From the NCBI GenBank assembly GCA_963746565.1, contig CAVVCD010000049.1, positions 3,249 through 67,248 on the forward strand: DNA of 64,000 nt. The letters are read 5' to 3'. Numbering within the stretch: the first letter of the stretch is position 1; every line of letters starts with the position of its first letter. The position numbers and the translations under genes were made by a program. The notes under the pieces were generated by a model. It was not told the DNA's origin, did no database searches, and worked only from the letters and a program-made list of their open reading frames with translations. Shown here in pieces: positions 36,760 through 45,621 of this stretch. The DNA is from an uncultured delta proteobacterium. Lineage in GTDB: Bacteria > Desulfobacterota > Syntrophorhabdia > Syntrophorhabdales > Syntrophorhabdaceae.

Positions 36760-38310
36760 GTGGAAATTGTAAAACCTTTATTACACAGCACAATGATACA
36801 AGATAACCAGGATATCAAACAGGATTCACTCTTCCCTGAGCTGGATAACAATTTTTTTCATAGCATTTCCCCTTTTTCCCATGCACTTTTTTATGCTGCC
36901 GGTGAGGAGGTGGTGATAAGAGGGGCAGAATCACGATTTCTTTATTATGTTGAGAAAGGATCGGTCGAGGTTTCACATACCGTAGATACTACACGGATAG
37001 TTGTCGCCCTTATCGGACCAGCAAATTTTTTTGGCGAAATTGGGTTTTTTGACGGCATCTCGAGGGTTCGCGACATCCAGGCCACAGAAGATTCAATCAT
37101 AAGGGTTTTTGATATGGACAACATGAAAAGCATGCAACAAATAAACCCTATTCTCTATGCTGATTTTATAGCCCTCATTGCTCAATCTATCTGCAGCAAA
37201 TTCAGGCGAATTCTTGAAGAGAGTGAACCCCTCGTGGCTTATTCTGCGTCGCTGTCTACAGGCAGCCAAAGCTTTAAAGAAGCAAAACCAATTCCCTCTC
37301 ACTGTTTTCAGACAAAAGAATGGCATCACGTCAACAAGCTGGTGGAGGATTTCAAGACCTCTTTTTTTGATCTATCTCACCAATTACAGCAGGGTACCGA
37401 CCCTGGGATCCCCAGCCTCTTGCAGAAAGGTTGTTTCGAGGTGATGGACAAGTTCAATAGTCAATTGGAAGAAGCGACCCTTCTTCTCAGGGATAGCGAA
37501 TTTTCTGACTACCTCCTGGGTTACGCATTCAAGGAGATCTTCCCGTACTTCATGAGAAGCCGCTTCGCAGAGAGGGCATACTACAAGCCACGCGGCTATG
37601 CCGGTGATTTTCTTATGATGGAAATGATTTACAAGAACGAACCGGAAGGAGATGGCAAGCTCGGAAAAATCATGGATAGTTGGTGTCTTGAGACCGCTGC
37701 TGCAAGAGCGGTGAGAGGTCGACGAAAATTTCTTCGGGAGCGCCTTGAGATTCTCTGCCATATAAGAGCAAAAAACGGGCATACCACCAGGATCATGAAT
37801 CTCGCCTGTGGACCTTCCAGGGAACTTTTTGACTTCCTCGCTGCTTGTGATTACAGTGATATGATCATGGCCCTGTGCATTGATGCGGATCTTCAGGCCC
37901 TCGAATATACCAACCATACAGTCAATGTCATCCCTCATAGCTCGTCAATCAGGCTTATGAGCGATAACGTAGTTCGCTGGGCTCTCGGCAGGCTTCGTCA
38001 TAACTTTGGTGCCCAGGATATCATCTATTCGGCAGGCTTAGCAGATTATTTGGAAGACAGGGTCTTACTGGCCCTTATCAACCGTTGTTATGAACATCTC
38101 GATAGGGGAGGCACATTGATTATTGGTAACTTTGGCAGCAGGAATCAGCACAAAGCCTTCCTTGATCAGATTCTTCAATGGAAAATAATCCACAGAAGCG
38201 CTGATGATTTAAGGGAGATCTTTGCGAAAAGCCATTTTGTTAACAGTGTAGAGATTGCAACTGAAGAAAGCGGGGTTAATCTCTTTGCCTTAGCAAGAAA
38301 ATTGGAATAG
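36760..38310 (+). CDS. cNMP-binding domain fused to a class I SAM-dependent methyltransferase (possibly PhcB-like)
   Basis: N-terminal cNMP barrel (FFGEIGFFDG..R), a middle region with YYKPRGYAGDFLMMEMIY, and a SAM motif (IMNLACGPSRE). GTG start has an AGGAGA SD. Confidence 0.6.
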   Translation: MEIVKPLLHSTMIQDNQDIKQDSLFPELDNNFFHSISPFSHALFYAAGEEVVIRGAESRFLYYVEKGSVEVSHTVDTTRIVVALIGPANFFGEIGFFDGISRVRDIQATEDSIIRVFDMDNMKSMQQINPILYADFIALIAQSICSKFRRILEESEPLVAYSASLSTGSQSFKEAKPIPSHCFQTKEWHHVNKLVEDFKTSFFDLSHQLQQGTDPGIPSLLQKGCFEVMDKFNSQLEEATLLLRDSEFSDYLLGYAFKEIFPYFMRSRFAERAYYKPRGYAGDFLMMEMIYKNEPEGDGKLGKIMDSWCLETAAARAVRGRRKFLRERLEILCHIRAKNGHTTRIMNLACGPSRELFDFLAACDYSDMIMALCIDADLQALEYTNHTVNVIPHSSSIRLMSDNVVRWALGRLRHNFGAQDIIYSAGLADYLEDRVLLALINRCYEHLDRGGTLIIGNFGSRNQHKAFLDQILQWKIIHRSADDLREIFAKSHFVNSVEIATEESGVNLFALARKLE

Positions 38311-38316
38311 GGGTAT

Positions 38317-40452
38317 ATGCATCAAAAAACTGAGGAGGATGTAACCGAGAATTTCCAAAAAGATCAGGAGCAACTGGTCACTGAAAGGGTGAGCGTCATC
38401 CTTCTCCTCGGCTGGACGCTTGTTCCCTTCTTTGGCTGGGTGGATTATGTTCTCTACCCTGAGTTTTTTGGTCGTTTCATGATTTACCGGCTTGTTGCAG
38501 CAGCGATATGCGCCATCCTCCATGTCATGAACCATCGGCTAAAACTCGGATCAAAAAGCTTCTATCTCGGCATTGCTGCAGCATATGCTGTAGCATTTGC
38601 CATTATTGGAATGATCCTCAGGACCGGGGGTTATTCAACCCCTTACTACGCCGGGCTCAACCTCGTTTTCCTTGGCATGTGCACAGTATTAACCATCAAG
38701 GTCAGCCTTCTTGCTGTCCATAGCCTCGCCATATACTTCCTTTATCTTCTTGCCGTCTTGCTCTTCGCAAAGATCGATAATGTGGGCCTCTTTCTGGCAA
38801 ACAACATGTTCGTTGCCTCCACTCTGGGGATTGCCCTTGTGGCTTCCCACGTTGGCCATAGGCTCCGATTTCGCGAGTACCTTATACGGCATGAACTGGA
38901 AAACATTCAAAATCAGCTTAAACGCTACTCGGCCAACTTAGAGACCCTGGTCGCTGAATCAGAGAAGAAGTACCAGATACTCATTGATAATGCGGACGAA
39001 TCCATCTTCATCATCCAGGACGATGTTATCAAGTTTCCAAATCCAAGAACGATTGAACTCTTCGCTTATCCCAAGGAAGAGATAGTCCACATACCCTTCA
39101 TTGATCTTGTTCTTGATGAAGACAGGGGGATTATTCTCGGCCAGCCCCAGCAGATTGCCGGTGCCAAAAAAATCATACCTACGTCCACCTTCAGGATTAT
39201 GAGGAGATCAGGAGAAACGGTTTGGGTTGACATGAATGCCGTAAGCATCGAGTGGGGAGACAAGCCTGGTTTTCTCGTTTTTCTTCGAGATGTAACTGAA
39301 AAAAAACGGATGGAGGCGGAGCTGATTCAGGCTCAGAAGATGGAGGCCATCGGAACTCTGGCCGGGGGTATTGCCCACGATTTCAATAATATTCTCATGG
39401 GGATTCTTGGATACACGTCACTCATGCTCCTCAATACTGAACCTGACAACACCAGCCATGAGCGACTTAAAAGTATCGAGCACCTCGTGGAAAGTGGTGC
39501 AGACCTGACCAAGCAGCTTCTCGGGTTTGCCAGAGGCGGAAAATACGAGGTAAAGCCAACCGATGTGAACGAACTCGTCAGGAGATCTTCCGAGATTTTC
39601 GGTCGTACAAAAAAGGAAATTACCATACACAGAAATTACCAGAAAGATCTGTATATAGCCGATGTTGACCGTGGCCAGATCGAGCAGGTGCTCCTCAACC
39701 TCTTCGTAAACGCCTGGCAGGCTATGCCTGGAGGTGGTGATCTCTACCTGGAAACGAGTAACGTAACTCTTGATGAGATGTATACTCGTCTCCATTCTAT
39801 TACTCCCGGGAACTACGTGAAGATTTCAGTTACAGACAACGGCACAGGTATGGACCAGGCAACACAACGCAGGATTTTCGAGCCCTTCTTTACCACAAAA
39901 GGGATGGGACTCGGGACCGGCCTCGGTCTCGCTTCGGCGTATGGAATCATCAAGAATCACGGGGGGATCATCAATGTTTACAGTGAGGTGGGGAGAGGGA
40001 CAACATTTACCATTTATCTTCCCGCATCTACCAGGGCGATCTTTGAGGAGAAGATTATTCCTGCCGAAGCAAAGAAAAGTACCGAGTCAGTCCTCATTGT
40101 CGATGACCAGGATATGATTCTCGTAGTAGCGAGAGACATGCTGAAGGCCCTTGGCTACCAGGTTTTTACTGCCCAGGGAGGCAAAGAAGCCCTGGCAATC
40201 TATAACGAAAATAAAAAGAGTATTGACGTTGTCATCCTTGACATGATTATGCCATCCATGAGCGGCGGAGAAACGTTTGATAGGCTCAAGGCCATCAACC
40301 CTGACGTCAGGGTGATCCTTTCCAGCGGTTACAGCATCAACGGCCAGGCAACCGAAATCATGCAGAGGGGCTGCAACGGCTTTATCCAGAAGCCATTCAA
40401 CATAAAAGAACTCTCCCAGAAGATCAGAGAGGTCGTCGAAAAAAAGACGTAA
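38317..40452 (+). CDS. Membrane hybrid sensor kinase (multi-TM, PAS, HisKA, HATPase, REC)
   Basis: About 6 TM helices, a PAS domain, an H-box (AHDFNNIL), G boxes and a C-terminal receiver (VLIVDDQ...DMIMP...K). Confidence 0.85.
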   Translation: MHQKTEEDVTENFQKDQEQLVTERVSVILLLGWTLVPFFGWVDYVLYPEFFGRFMIYRLVAAAICAILHVMNHRLKLGSKSFYLGIAAAYAVAFAIIGMILRTGGYSTPYYAGLNLVFLGMCTVLTIKVSLLAVHSLAIYFLYLLAVLLFAKIDNVGLFLANNMFVASTLGIALVASHVGHRLRFREYLIRHELENIQNQLKRYSANLETLVAESEKKYQILIDNADESIFIIQDDVIKFPNPRTIELFAYPKEEIVHIPFIDLVLDEDRGIILGQPQQIAGAKKIIPTSTFRIMRRSGETVWVDMNAVSIEWGDKPGFLVFLRDVTEKKRMEAELIQAQKMEAIGTLAGGIAHDFNNILMGILGYTSLMLLNTEPDNTSHERLKSIEHLVESGADLTKQLLGFARGGKYEVKPTDVNELVRRSSEIFGRTKKEITIHRNYQKDLYIADVDRGQIEQVLLNLFVNAWQAMPGGGDLYLETSNVTLDEMYTRLHSITPGNYVKISVTDNGTGMDQATQRRIFEPFFTTKGMGLGTGLGLASAYGIIKNHGGIINVYSEVGRGTTFTIYLPASTRAIFEEKIIPAEAKKSTESVLIVDDQDMILVVARDMLKALGYQVFTAQGGKEALAIYNENKKSIDVVILDMIMPSMSGGETFDRLKAINPDVRVILSSGYSINGQATEIMQRGCNGFIQKPFNIKELSQKIREVVEKKT

Positions 40453-40507
40453 CGCCAAATTTGGCTTTACAATAAACGCTGAACAGACTCTTGATTCCCT
40501 CCAGCCC

Positions 40508-40693
40508 CTACTTGTCTACGACCAGTGTACCCCCTATCGCGTAGTCGTGTTTTGCCATATCCTGAAGAATAATCCGCACATCCTCAGGTTTCACACCAAG
40601 GCTTTTGACTACGGCGTCTGTCATCTCTGCCACAAGCTTTCTTTTCTGATCTATTGTTCTACCCTCAAACATACTGACCTGAATAATCGGCAT
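40508..40693 (-). CDS. 4-oxalocrotonate tautomerase family protein
   Basis: 61 aa, with N-terminal MPIIQV (catalytic Pro1) and the typical beta-alpha-beta length. Confidence 0.8.
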   Translation of the reverse strand: MPIIQVSMFEGRTIDQKRKLVAEMTDAVVKSLGVKPEDVRIILQDMAKHDYAIGGTLVVDK

Positions 40694-40983
40694 ACAACCT
40701 CCTTATAATTTTAAATAACCCTCTTGGGGTATGAAAAGCCCTATTCTGATAGAAATATACTTTAAACCAAAACGATCCTGAATGATTTAAGTATGAATAT
40801 TTTCCGATTATGGCTAGATAAAAGGCAGCAACAGCGTCGATGCAAGCCCTTGACATCATGATGTATCTTGGCGCATTTATAGGGCAATGTCAATACTTCA
40901 TTCACTCAGCTTCTCGTCTTCTGCTCTTAGCTGTTTGCTGATCACCGATTTCTGATTACTTAATTTACTTGTCGCGTCCTCTA

Positions 40984-41012
40984 TTGAAAAGCATTTTTCT
41001 TGTGCATATAAT
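40984..41012 (+). promoter_or_regulatory. Near-consensus sigma70 promoter TTGAAA-17 nt-TATAAT
   Basis: -35 at 40984-40989 and -10 at 41007-41012, about 28 nt upstream of the first mini-ORF and its GGAGGG SD. Confidence 0.6.
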
Positions 41013-41039
41013 GCAGAATACCATACTGGAGGGATTGCA

Positions 41040-41153
41040 ATGGAAACTGAGCCTTTTTCGCGAAAGATTAGTTTTTTAAAGCCGGGATGGTGGATTATCC
41101 ACCTCATAGGAATTGCCCTTGTTTATTCTATCGGGCACCTTATATGGAGGTAA
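41040..41153 (+). CDS. Unannotated 37-aa membrane mini-protein (paralog 1)
   Basis: METEPFSRKISFLKPGWWIIHLIGIALVYSIGHLIWR. SD ggaggg lies 7 nt upstream. It is below the 60-aa cutoff of the ORF track and paralogous to the next ORF. Confidence 0.55.
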   Translation: METEPFSRKISFLKPGWWIIHLIGIALVYSIGHLIWR

Positions 41154-41154
41154 C

Positions 41155-41259
41155 ATGCTGAAATACTTCATGCGGTATAAGCCTGGCTGGTGGATTCTTC
41201 ATATCTTTGCCATCGGATTTACACTCTATTTGGGTCATATCGTAAAATTCGTGAGGTAG
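41155..41259 (+). CDS. Unannotated 34-aa membrane mini-protein (paralog 2)
   Basis: MLKYFMRYKPGWWILHIFAIGFTLYLGHIVKFVR. It shares KPGWWI-H-x12-GH with paralog 1. Its ATG is 1 nt after the previous stop, with a GGAGG inside the upstream ORF. Confidence 0.55.
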   Translation: MLKYFMRYKPGWWILHIFAIGFTLYLGHIVKFVR

Positions 41260-41266
41260 AAAATCT

Positions 41267-41677
41267 ATGAAAAAGAACACACTGATCATTGCCCTCTTCC
41301 TCCTTGCCATATCAGGCTTTCTCCTCCACTTCAGGGTTCATCCCTTCCTTACACCCGACAAGGTGAGCCAGGGGACTTTTATGTTCAATAAAAGCAATTT
41401 CCTTGCATCACTCTTTTCGCTCATCGATGCAGTTGTTGTTACCTCCCTATTCCTCTCCCGAAAAACTGCCGTCTTCGGATATCTCTTAAACGGGCTTATC
41501 GTAATCTTTGGTACAATTCTGATGACCCATTTCAGCATTGTAGATATTATTGCCAAATCCATACCTGCAGCAAGCTGGCTCACGAGATCAACCCTGCCGG
41601 ATATCGGCATCGCCTGGGCTGATTTCCTGGTCGGCAAGAGCCTTTACGATGTATACCTAAGGCAACGGGTAGAATAA
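41267..41677 (+). CDS. Hypothetical 4-TM membrane protein (136 aa)
   Basis: Four hydrophobic segments. Tightly spaced after the mini-ORFs. I recognise no family. Confidence 0.6.
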   Translation: MKKNTLIIALFLLAISGFLLHFRVHPFLTPDKVSQGTFMFNKSNFLASLFSLIDAVVVTSLFLSRKTAVFGYLLNGLIVIFGTILMTHFSIVDIIAKSIPAASWLTRSTLPDIGIAWADFLVGKSLYDVYLRQRVE

Positions 41678-42357
41678 TGAATGTAATCAGCAGGAAAACC
41701 GTCGTTTCCGGTATTGCAACAATAATTTTCAGCCTCCTGAGCCTTAGTATGATTGGGTTAGCATATTGCGAACAATCGGCTCCATTGGCAAGATCCTCAG
41801 ATCTTGACACACAGGTTCCACGCTTTCTTAAAGATGTACGACATTCATGGACAGGATGGAATGTACCTTACGAAGACGGAAAGATTCTCTATGACCTTGT
41901 CATCAAAGGCCAGTTCAAGAATATCCTCGAGGTCGGCACCTCCACGGGCCATTCAACAATCTGGCTCGCCTGGGCTGCAGCAAAGACTGGGGGCAAAGTC
42001 ACCACAATCGAGATCGACAGGGAACGCTACAGAACCGCCCTTGAAAATTTTAAGAAGGCCGGCGTTGCATCTTATATCGATGCACGCCTCGCTGATGCCC
42101 ATGACCTGGTGAGGACCCTTAAAGGCCCTTTTGACTTCGTGTTTTGCGACGCAGACAAGGATTGGTATCTTCAGTACTTCATCGATCTTGCGCCAAAGAT
42201 AAGCGTAGGTGGCTGCTATACTGCCCACAACGCCCTGCGAGGAGGCAGGGATGTTGAGAGATTCCTTGATTATGTCAAGGGTGATCCCAGGTTTCGAACA
42301 ACTATCGAGCGGGGGAGCGGGGAAGGCATCTCTATAAGCTGCAAAATAGCTGAATGA
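41677..42357 (+). CDS. Class I SAM-dependent O-methyltransferase (family 3, CCoAOMT-like) with an N-terminal signal/anchor
   Basis: ILEVGTSTGHST SAM motif, FDFVFCDADK, and an N-terminal hydrophobic segment after MNVISRK. Coupled to the upstream gene by a TAATG overlap. Confidence 0.7.
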   Translation: MNVISRKTVVSGIATIIFSLLSLSMIGLAYCEQSAPLARSSDLDTQVPRFLKDVRHSWTGWNVPYEDGKILYDLVIKGQFKNILEVGTSTGHSTIWLAWAAAKTGGKVTTIEIDRERYRTALENFKKAGVASYIDARLADAHDLVRTLKGPFDFVFCDADKDWYLQYFIDLAPKISVGGCYTAHNALRGGRDVERFLDYVKGDPRFRTTIERGSGEGISISCKIAE

Positions 42358-42370
42358 CAGTTGCCACTAT

Positions 42371-43159
42371 TCACTTGGCAAACCTTTTAATTGCCCCCAT
42401 ATATGCATCGAGACCACGCATCATCAGGTCATTGTGACCAGCATTGGGGATAAAGAGTGAATACTTCTCTTTCGCCCCGGAAAGGTCATAAAGCGCCTTT
42501 CCCTCTGTAACAGGAATAATCTCATCGTCTTCCCCATGAATAATTAGTGTTGGAATGGTTATTTCCTTGATCTTCAAGTCATTCCCGAACCCGATCAGGT
42601 CTTTTACATCCCTGAACAGGTGGGATACCCCTAATCGCTTGAGCTGGTTCCGTCCGCTCGCGAACCCGCTTTCTATGATCAATCCCTTTATTTGTTGCTG
42701 ATAGTGATAGGCCACCTCTATGGCAGGGGCACTGCCCACGGACCGTCCCATAACAAAAAGGTCTCCCGTGTAGTTCAAGTTCTGAAGGAAGGCAATGAAG
42801 CCTTGAAAGATCGGATGGGTATCCCTTATCATACTGCCTGAAGTGGGGCTGCCGTCGCTCATGCCATATCCCCTGTAATCAGTTACAAATAGGTTGAGCC
42901 CTTTCTTTTGATATACAGGTGCTACGTAATCATAATCCGGTACCGTTTCGCCGTTACCATGAAAATAAAGGATATTGGGGGCATCATTCCGGACCGGATA
43001 GAATCGGCAACCGATGGCAATATCATCTGTTACCTTAATAAAATGATTCTTTGCATTGAGCGGGTTCGGTTCCCCGGCAAATTCCCGGCGAGGGAAAAAC
43101 AGCCGGTACACAATCTCCGGATGATCCCACAGTGCTAAACCCTTTTCAAAATCTATCAT
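42371..43159 (-). CDS. Alpha/beta hydrolase
   Basis: HGNGE, nucleophile elbow GRSVGS, and HGEDDEIIP/GHND for the acid and His. Confidence 0.75.
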   Translation of the reverse strand: MIDFEKGLALWDHPEIVYRLFFPRREFAGEPNPLNAKNHFIKVTDDIAIGCRFYPVRNDAPNILYFHGNGETVPDYDYVAPVYQKKGLNLFVTDYRGYGMSDGSPTSGSMIRDTHPIFQGFIAFLQNLNYTGDLFVMGRSVGSAPAIEVAYHYQQQIKGLIIESGFASGRNQLKRLGVSHLFRDVKDLIGFGNDLKIKEITIPTLIIHGEDDEIIPVTEGKALYDLSGAKEKYSLFIPNAGHNDLMMRGLDAYMGAIKRFAK

Positions 43160-43325
43160 CAGTGCTTTCTCCTTACACGATGTGTCACGGATAGCTAGCC
43201 GTCCCTTTTCAGTACCACATTTCCTGATGATAGATCAAATGAGGTGTTTTTCTTTTCTTGTTATATCTGATGGGGTGTGACCGGTGGCTGACAGGTGTGG
43301 GTAAAGTGTCTTTGAGTTAAAAAGC

Positions 43326-43679
43326 TCAGTAGATTGAGCGGATCCTGCCGGTTCTCTTGTCCACGATTGTTTTATCGATAAGTGACCCTTCGGAATCCTT
43401 TACTTCTATTATGAAGAACCATCTTCTCTCCACGATATTTCCTAAACGCACTTTCTGTCCGGAGCTCTCAAAGTATTCTTCAAGCACCTGCCTTGCCTCA
43501 TCAGCCGTTCTTACCGGCTTCCGAACACCGTAAGGGTCCCCGCGCATACCGGGACAAAACTGTCCATAAGGGGTCCCTTCGTACATTCCATGGCGCCTGG
43601 GCTGGGCAAAAGATGTCATAGGTAAAGCAAGTAAGAAGGTGATTATAAGAATGAGAAGGATGGGAAAACGTTTTTGCAT
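43326..43679 (-). CDS. Secreted PepSY-like small protein
   Basis: Signal peptide, then C-terminal FFIIEVKD...IVDKRTGRIRSI typical of PepSY-type domains. Confidence 0.45.
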   Translation of the reverse strand: MQKRFPILLILIITFLLALPMTSFAQPRRHGMYEGTPYGQFCPGMRGDPYGVRKPVRTADEARQVLEEYFESSGQKVRLGNIVERRWFFIIEVKDSEGSLIDKTIVDKRTGRIRSIY

Positions 43680-43691
43680 TTACACTCCTTT

Positions 43692-43730
43692 GGATGTGGG
43701 GTCTCACCAACTATTGCGGACCCCACATCC
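43692..43730 (-). other. Perfect 12-bp intercistronic stem-loop
   Basis: GGATGTGGGGTC-15 nt-GACCCCACATCC, between the cpxP-like stop (43741) and the AAGGAG SD of the PepSY-like gene. Confidence 0.7.
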
Positions 43731-43740
43731 AAAATACTGT

Positions 43741-44175
43741 TTACCGATTTGGGCAGTAGCCGGCTCCACAACCGGGGCCATATCCTGGACCATTGCCGCC
43801 GCGACCGAAACCACCACAATTACCCGGGCCATTGCCACCGCGACCGGCATATCCGGGGCCAAAGCCTCTATCAGGTAACCCATTTTTCTTAGCAGCGTCA
43901 CTAATCTGCGTCCTCAGGGCAATCATTTCTTCCTTGAGGGCAGCTATCTTAGCCTGATCAGGATTTGCCATACTAAACTCGTTCCTGAGCTCCAATCTCT
44001 TTACTGCCATTTCGTCCCGAAGCGGCAAGGTTTCCTTCTGGAAATTCCTGAAGGCATTTACATCCACCTGAGTATCGGGTCCAGGACCCTGTCCTTTCGT
44101 CCATGCCGCAACTGCCACCGTGCTCAAAAGAGCGCCAAAAACAACAATCAAAGCAACTACCATTAACTTTTTCAT
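43741..44175 (-). CDS. Periplasmic CpxP/Spy/ZraP-like protein with a Gly/Cys-rich C-terminal tail
   Basis: Signal peptide, a helical LxxxQ-type region (FQKETLPLRDEM..LKEEMIALRTQI), and a tail GRGGNGPGNCGGFGRGGNGPGYGPGCGAGYC. ATG 44175 has an AAGGAGG SD. Confidence 0.55.
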   Translation of the reverse strand: MKKLMVVALIVVFGALLSTVAVAAWTKGQGPGPDTQVDVNAFRNFQKETLPLRDEMAVKRLELRNEFSMANPDQAKIAALKEEMIALRTQISDAAKKNGLPDRGFGPGYAGRGGNGPGNCGGFGRGGNGPGYGPGCGAGYCPNR

Positions 44176-44232
44176 CCCGTGTTCCTCCTTTTCTATGGGA
44201 TCGTTCATAACAAGTATAATATATAGGAGGAA

Positions 44233-44271
44233 TGTGAACGGGTGACGAACAGATTATGAAGAATTGTGAAC
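44233..44271 (-). promoter_or_regulatory. Three phased direct repeats GTTCAC(A)/GTTCGTCA upstream of the cpxP-like gene
   Basis: The plus strand shows tgtgaac (44233-39), tgacgaac (44243-50) and tgtgaac (44265-71). Spacings are 11 and 21 nt, so all sit on the same helix face, as expected for OmpR-family sites. Confidence 0.4.
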
Positions 44272-45621
44272 GTCACCTGTGGGCAGAAATAGGGTAAACT
44301 GTGATCCTTTACCGATGGCGCTCTTTGCCTCTACCCTGCCCCCATGGGCCTCTACAAGCTCTCTCACGATAGTAAGGCCGATACCAAGGCCACCTCCTGT
44401 GCCATGGTAGAATCTTTCAAAAATGAAAGGGAGATCCTTTTCTGCTATTCCAGACCCTGTATCCTCCACGGAGATCCCCAGCTCACTATCCACGGGTAAT
44501 ACCGAGACAGACACGTGGCCGCCGGAATTCGTTGCCCTTAAGGCATTGCTCAAAAGGTTGACAATGATTTGGCTCACACGCTCGGGATCAGCGTTGATCT
44601 CTATCTCATGGGGACACACGAGCTCAAGGGTTACCCCCTTTTCCTGGAAGACGTTCCTGTATCGGTCTATGATGTTCCCCAGGAAGGGCTTAACTCCGAA
44701 ATGTTGCACATGCAATGAGAGCCCACTCGCCTCTGCCTGGTTGAGTTCTTCAATACCGTCCACCATCGTCTTGAGCCGCCCCGTCTCGTCATGGAGCGAT
44801 TGCAGGCGGGCCGTATCATTTGGAATAAGCCCGTCCATGATGCCTTCCAGCTCCCCGCGCATCACGCCTAATGGGGTTCTCAATTCGTGGGCTACATCGG
44901 CAATCAATTTCCTCCGGAGCGATTCCTGGGTTTCCAGGGTCTGTGCCATGCGGTTGAATGTTTCCGACAGCTCCCCTACCTCGTCGCGCCTCTGTATGGA
45001 AACTCGTCCCTTGAAATTTCCCTTGCTGATTGCAGAAGCAGCGAGTGCGAGTTCTTTGATGGGACGGGTCAAACGCCTGGAAAAAAGGACACTCACAATG
45101 ATAGCAAGCCCCCCGATTACGAGCATTGACAAGAGCAGGAAGCGGTTTGAACGGCTTAAGAATATGCCTTCCCTGAGGGGCTTAAGCTCACTGACTTCGA
45201 GAGTCCCGATCTGTTGCCCGGAAAGGAACAGTGGGTAAGGGAAAAAGTCACTTGTCTCTTTGAGTTCTCTGAATTGCGAAAGGGCCAGGAGCCTTCTTTT
45301 CGCCCTCGAAGAAGTGGTCTCAATTGCCTTTTCCGTATCAATCACCAGATTCCCGGCCTGATCCAGAAGCCGTATTTCAAAACCCAGTGTAAAAGCCCAG
45401 ATGGCATTCTGTGCCTGAGCATCAACGTTCCAACCTGAATTACGATCGTAGGCTCCCTCGAGGTCCGCAATAATCCAGTAGATCTTGTCTTCTGTCTCCC
45501 CTTCGAGGTAAGCCCGGAAATCTTTCAGCATGAGCTCCCTCAGCACGATCGTGCCAGAGAGCGCCAATACCGCAACGCCACAAAGAAGGATGAGGAATTT
45601 TAGCCAAAGACTTTTAAACAT
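44254..45621 (-). CDS. Sensor histidine kinase (2 TM, HAMP, HisKA, HATPase; CpxA/BaeS-like)
   Basis: HAMP domain, H-box AHELRTPL, and NALRAT, DTGSGI and GLGIGL boxes. Confidence 0.85.
   Translation of the reverse strand: MFKSLWLKFLILLCGVAVLALSGTIVLRELMLKDFRAYLEGETEDKIYWIIADLEGAYDRNSGWNVDAQAQNAIWAFTLGFEIRLLDQAGNLVIDTEKAIETTSSRAKRRLLALSQFRELKETSDFFPYPLFLSGQQIGTLEVSELKPLREGIFLSRSNRFLLLSMLVIGGLAIIVSVLFSRRLTRPIKELALAASAISKGNFKGRVSIQRRDEVGELSETFNRMAQTLETQESLRRKLIADVAHELRTPLGVMRGELEGIMDGLIPNDTARLQSLHDETGRLKTMVDGIEELNQAEASGLSLHVQHFGVKPFLGNIIDRYRNVFQEKGVTLELVCPHEIEINADPERVSQIIVNLLSNALRATNSGGHVSVSVLPVDSELGISVEDTGSGIAEKDLPFIFERFYHGTGGGLGIGLTIVRELVEAHGGRVEAKSAIGKGSQFTLFLPTGDVHNSS

Noticed and set aside
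36416-36851. ORFs running through the repeat clusters (36416..36772, 36555..36851, 48830..49219, 48703..48993, 62736..63065, 62744..63049, 185..394), which share peptides such as GATPLMAGQAQAP.
   Set aside because: The shared peptides come from repeated DNA read in various frames and on both strands. Copies differ by indels that break the frames. Conservation follows stem pairing, not codons.
40898-41107. The 69-aa minus-strand ORF, and 40665..40859.
   Set aside because: It overlaps the near-consensus promoter and the first mini-ORF on the opposite strand. It has no SD and no family resemblance.
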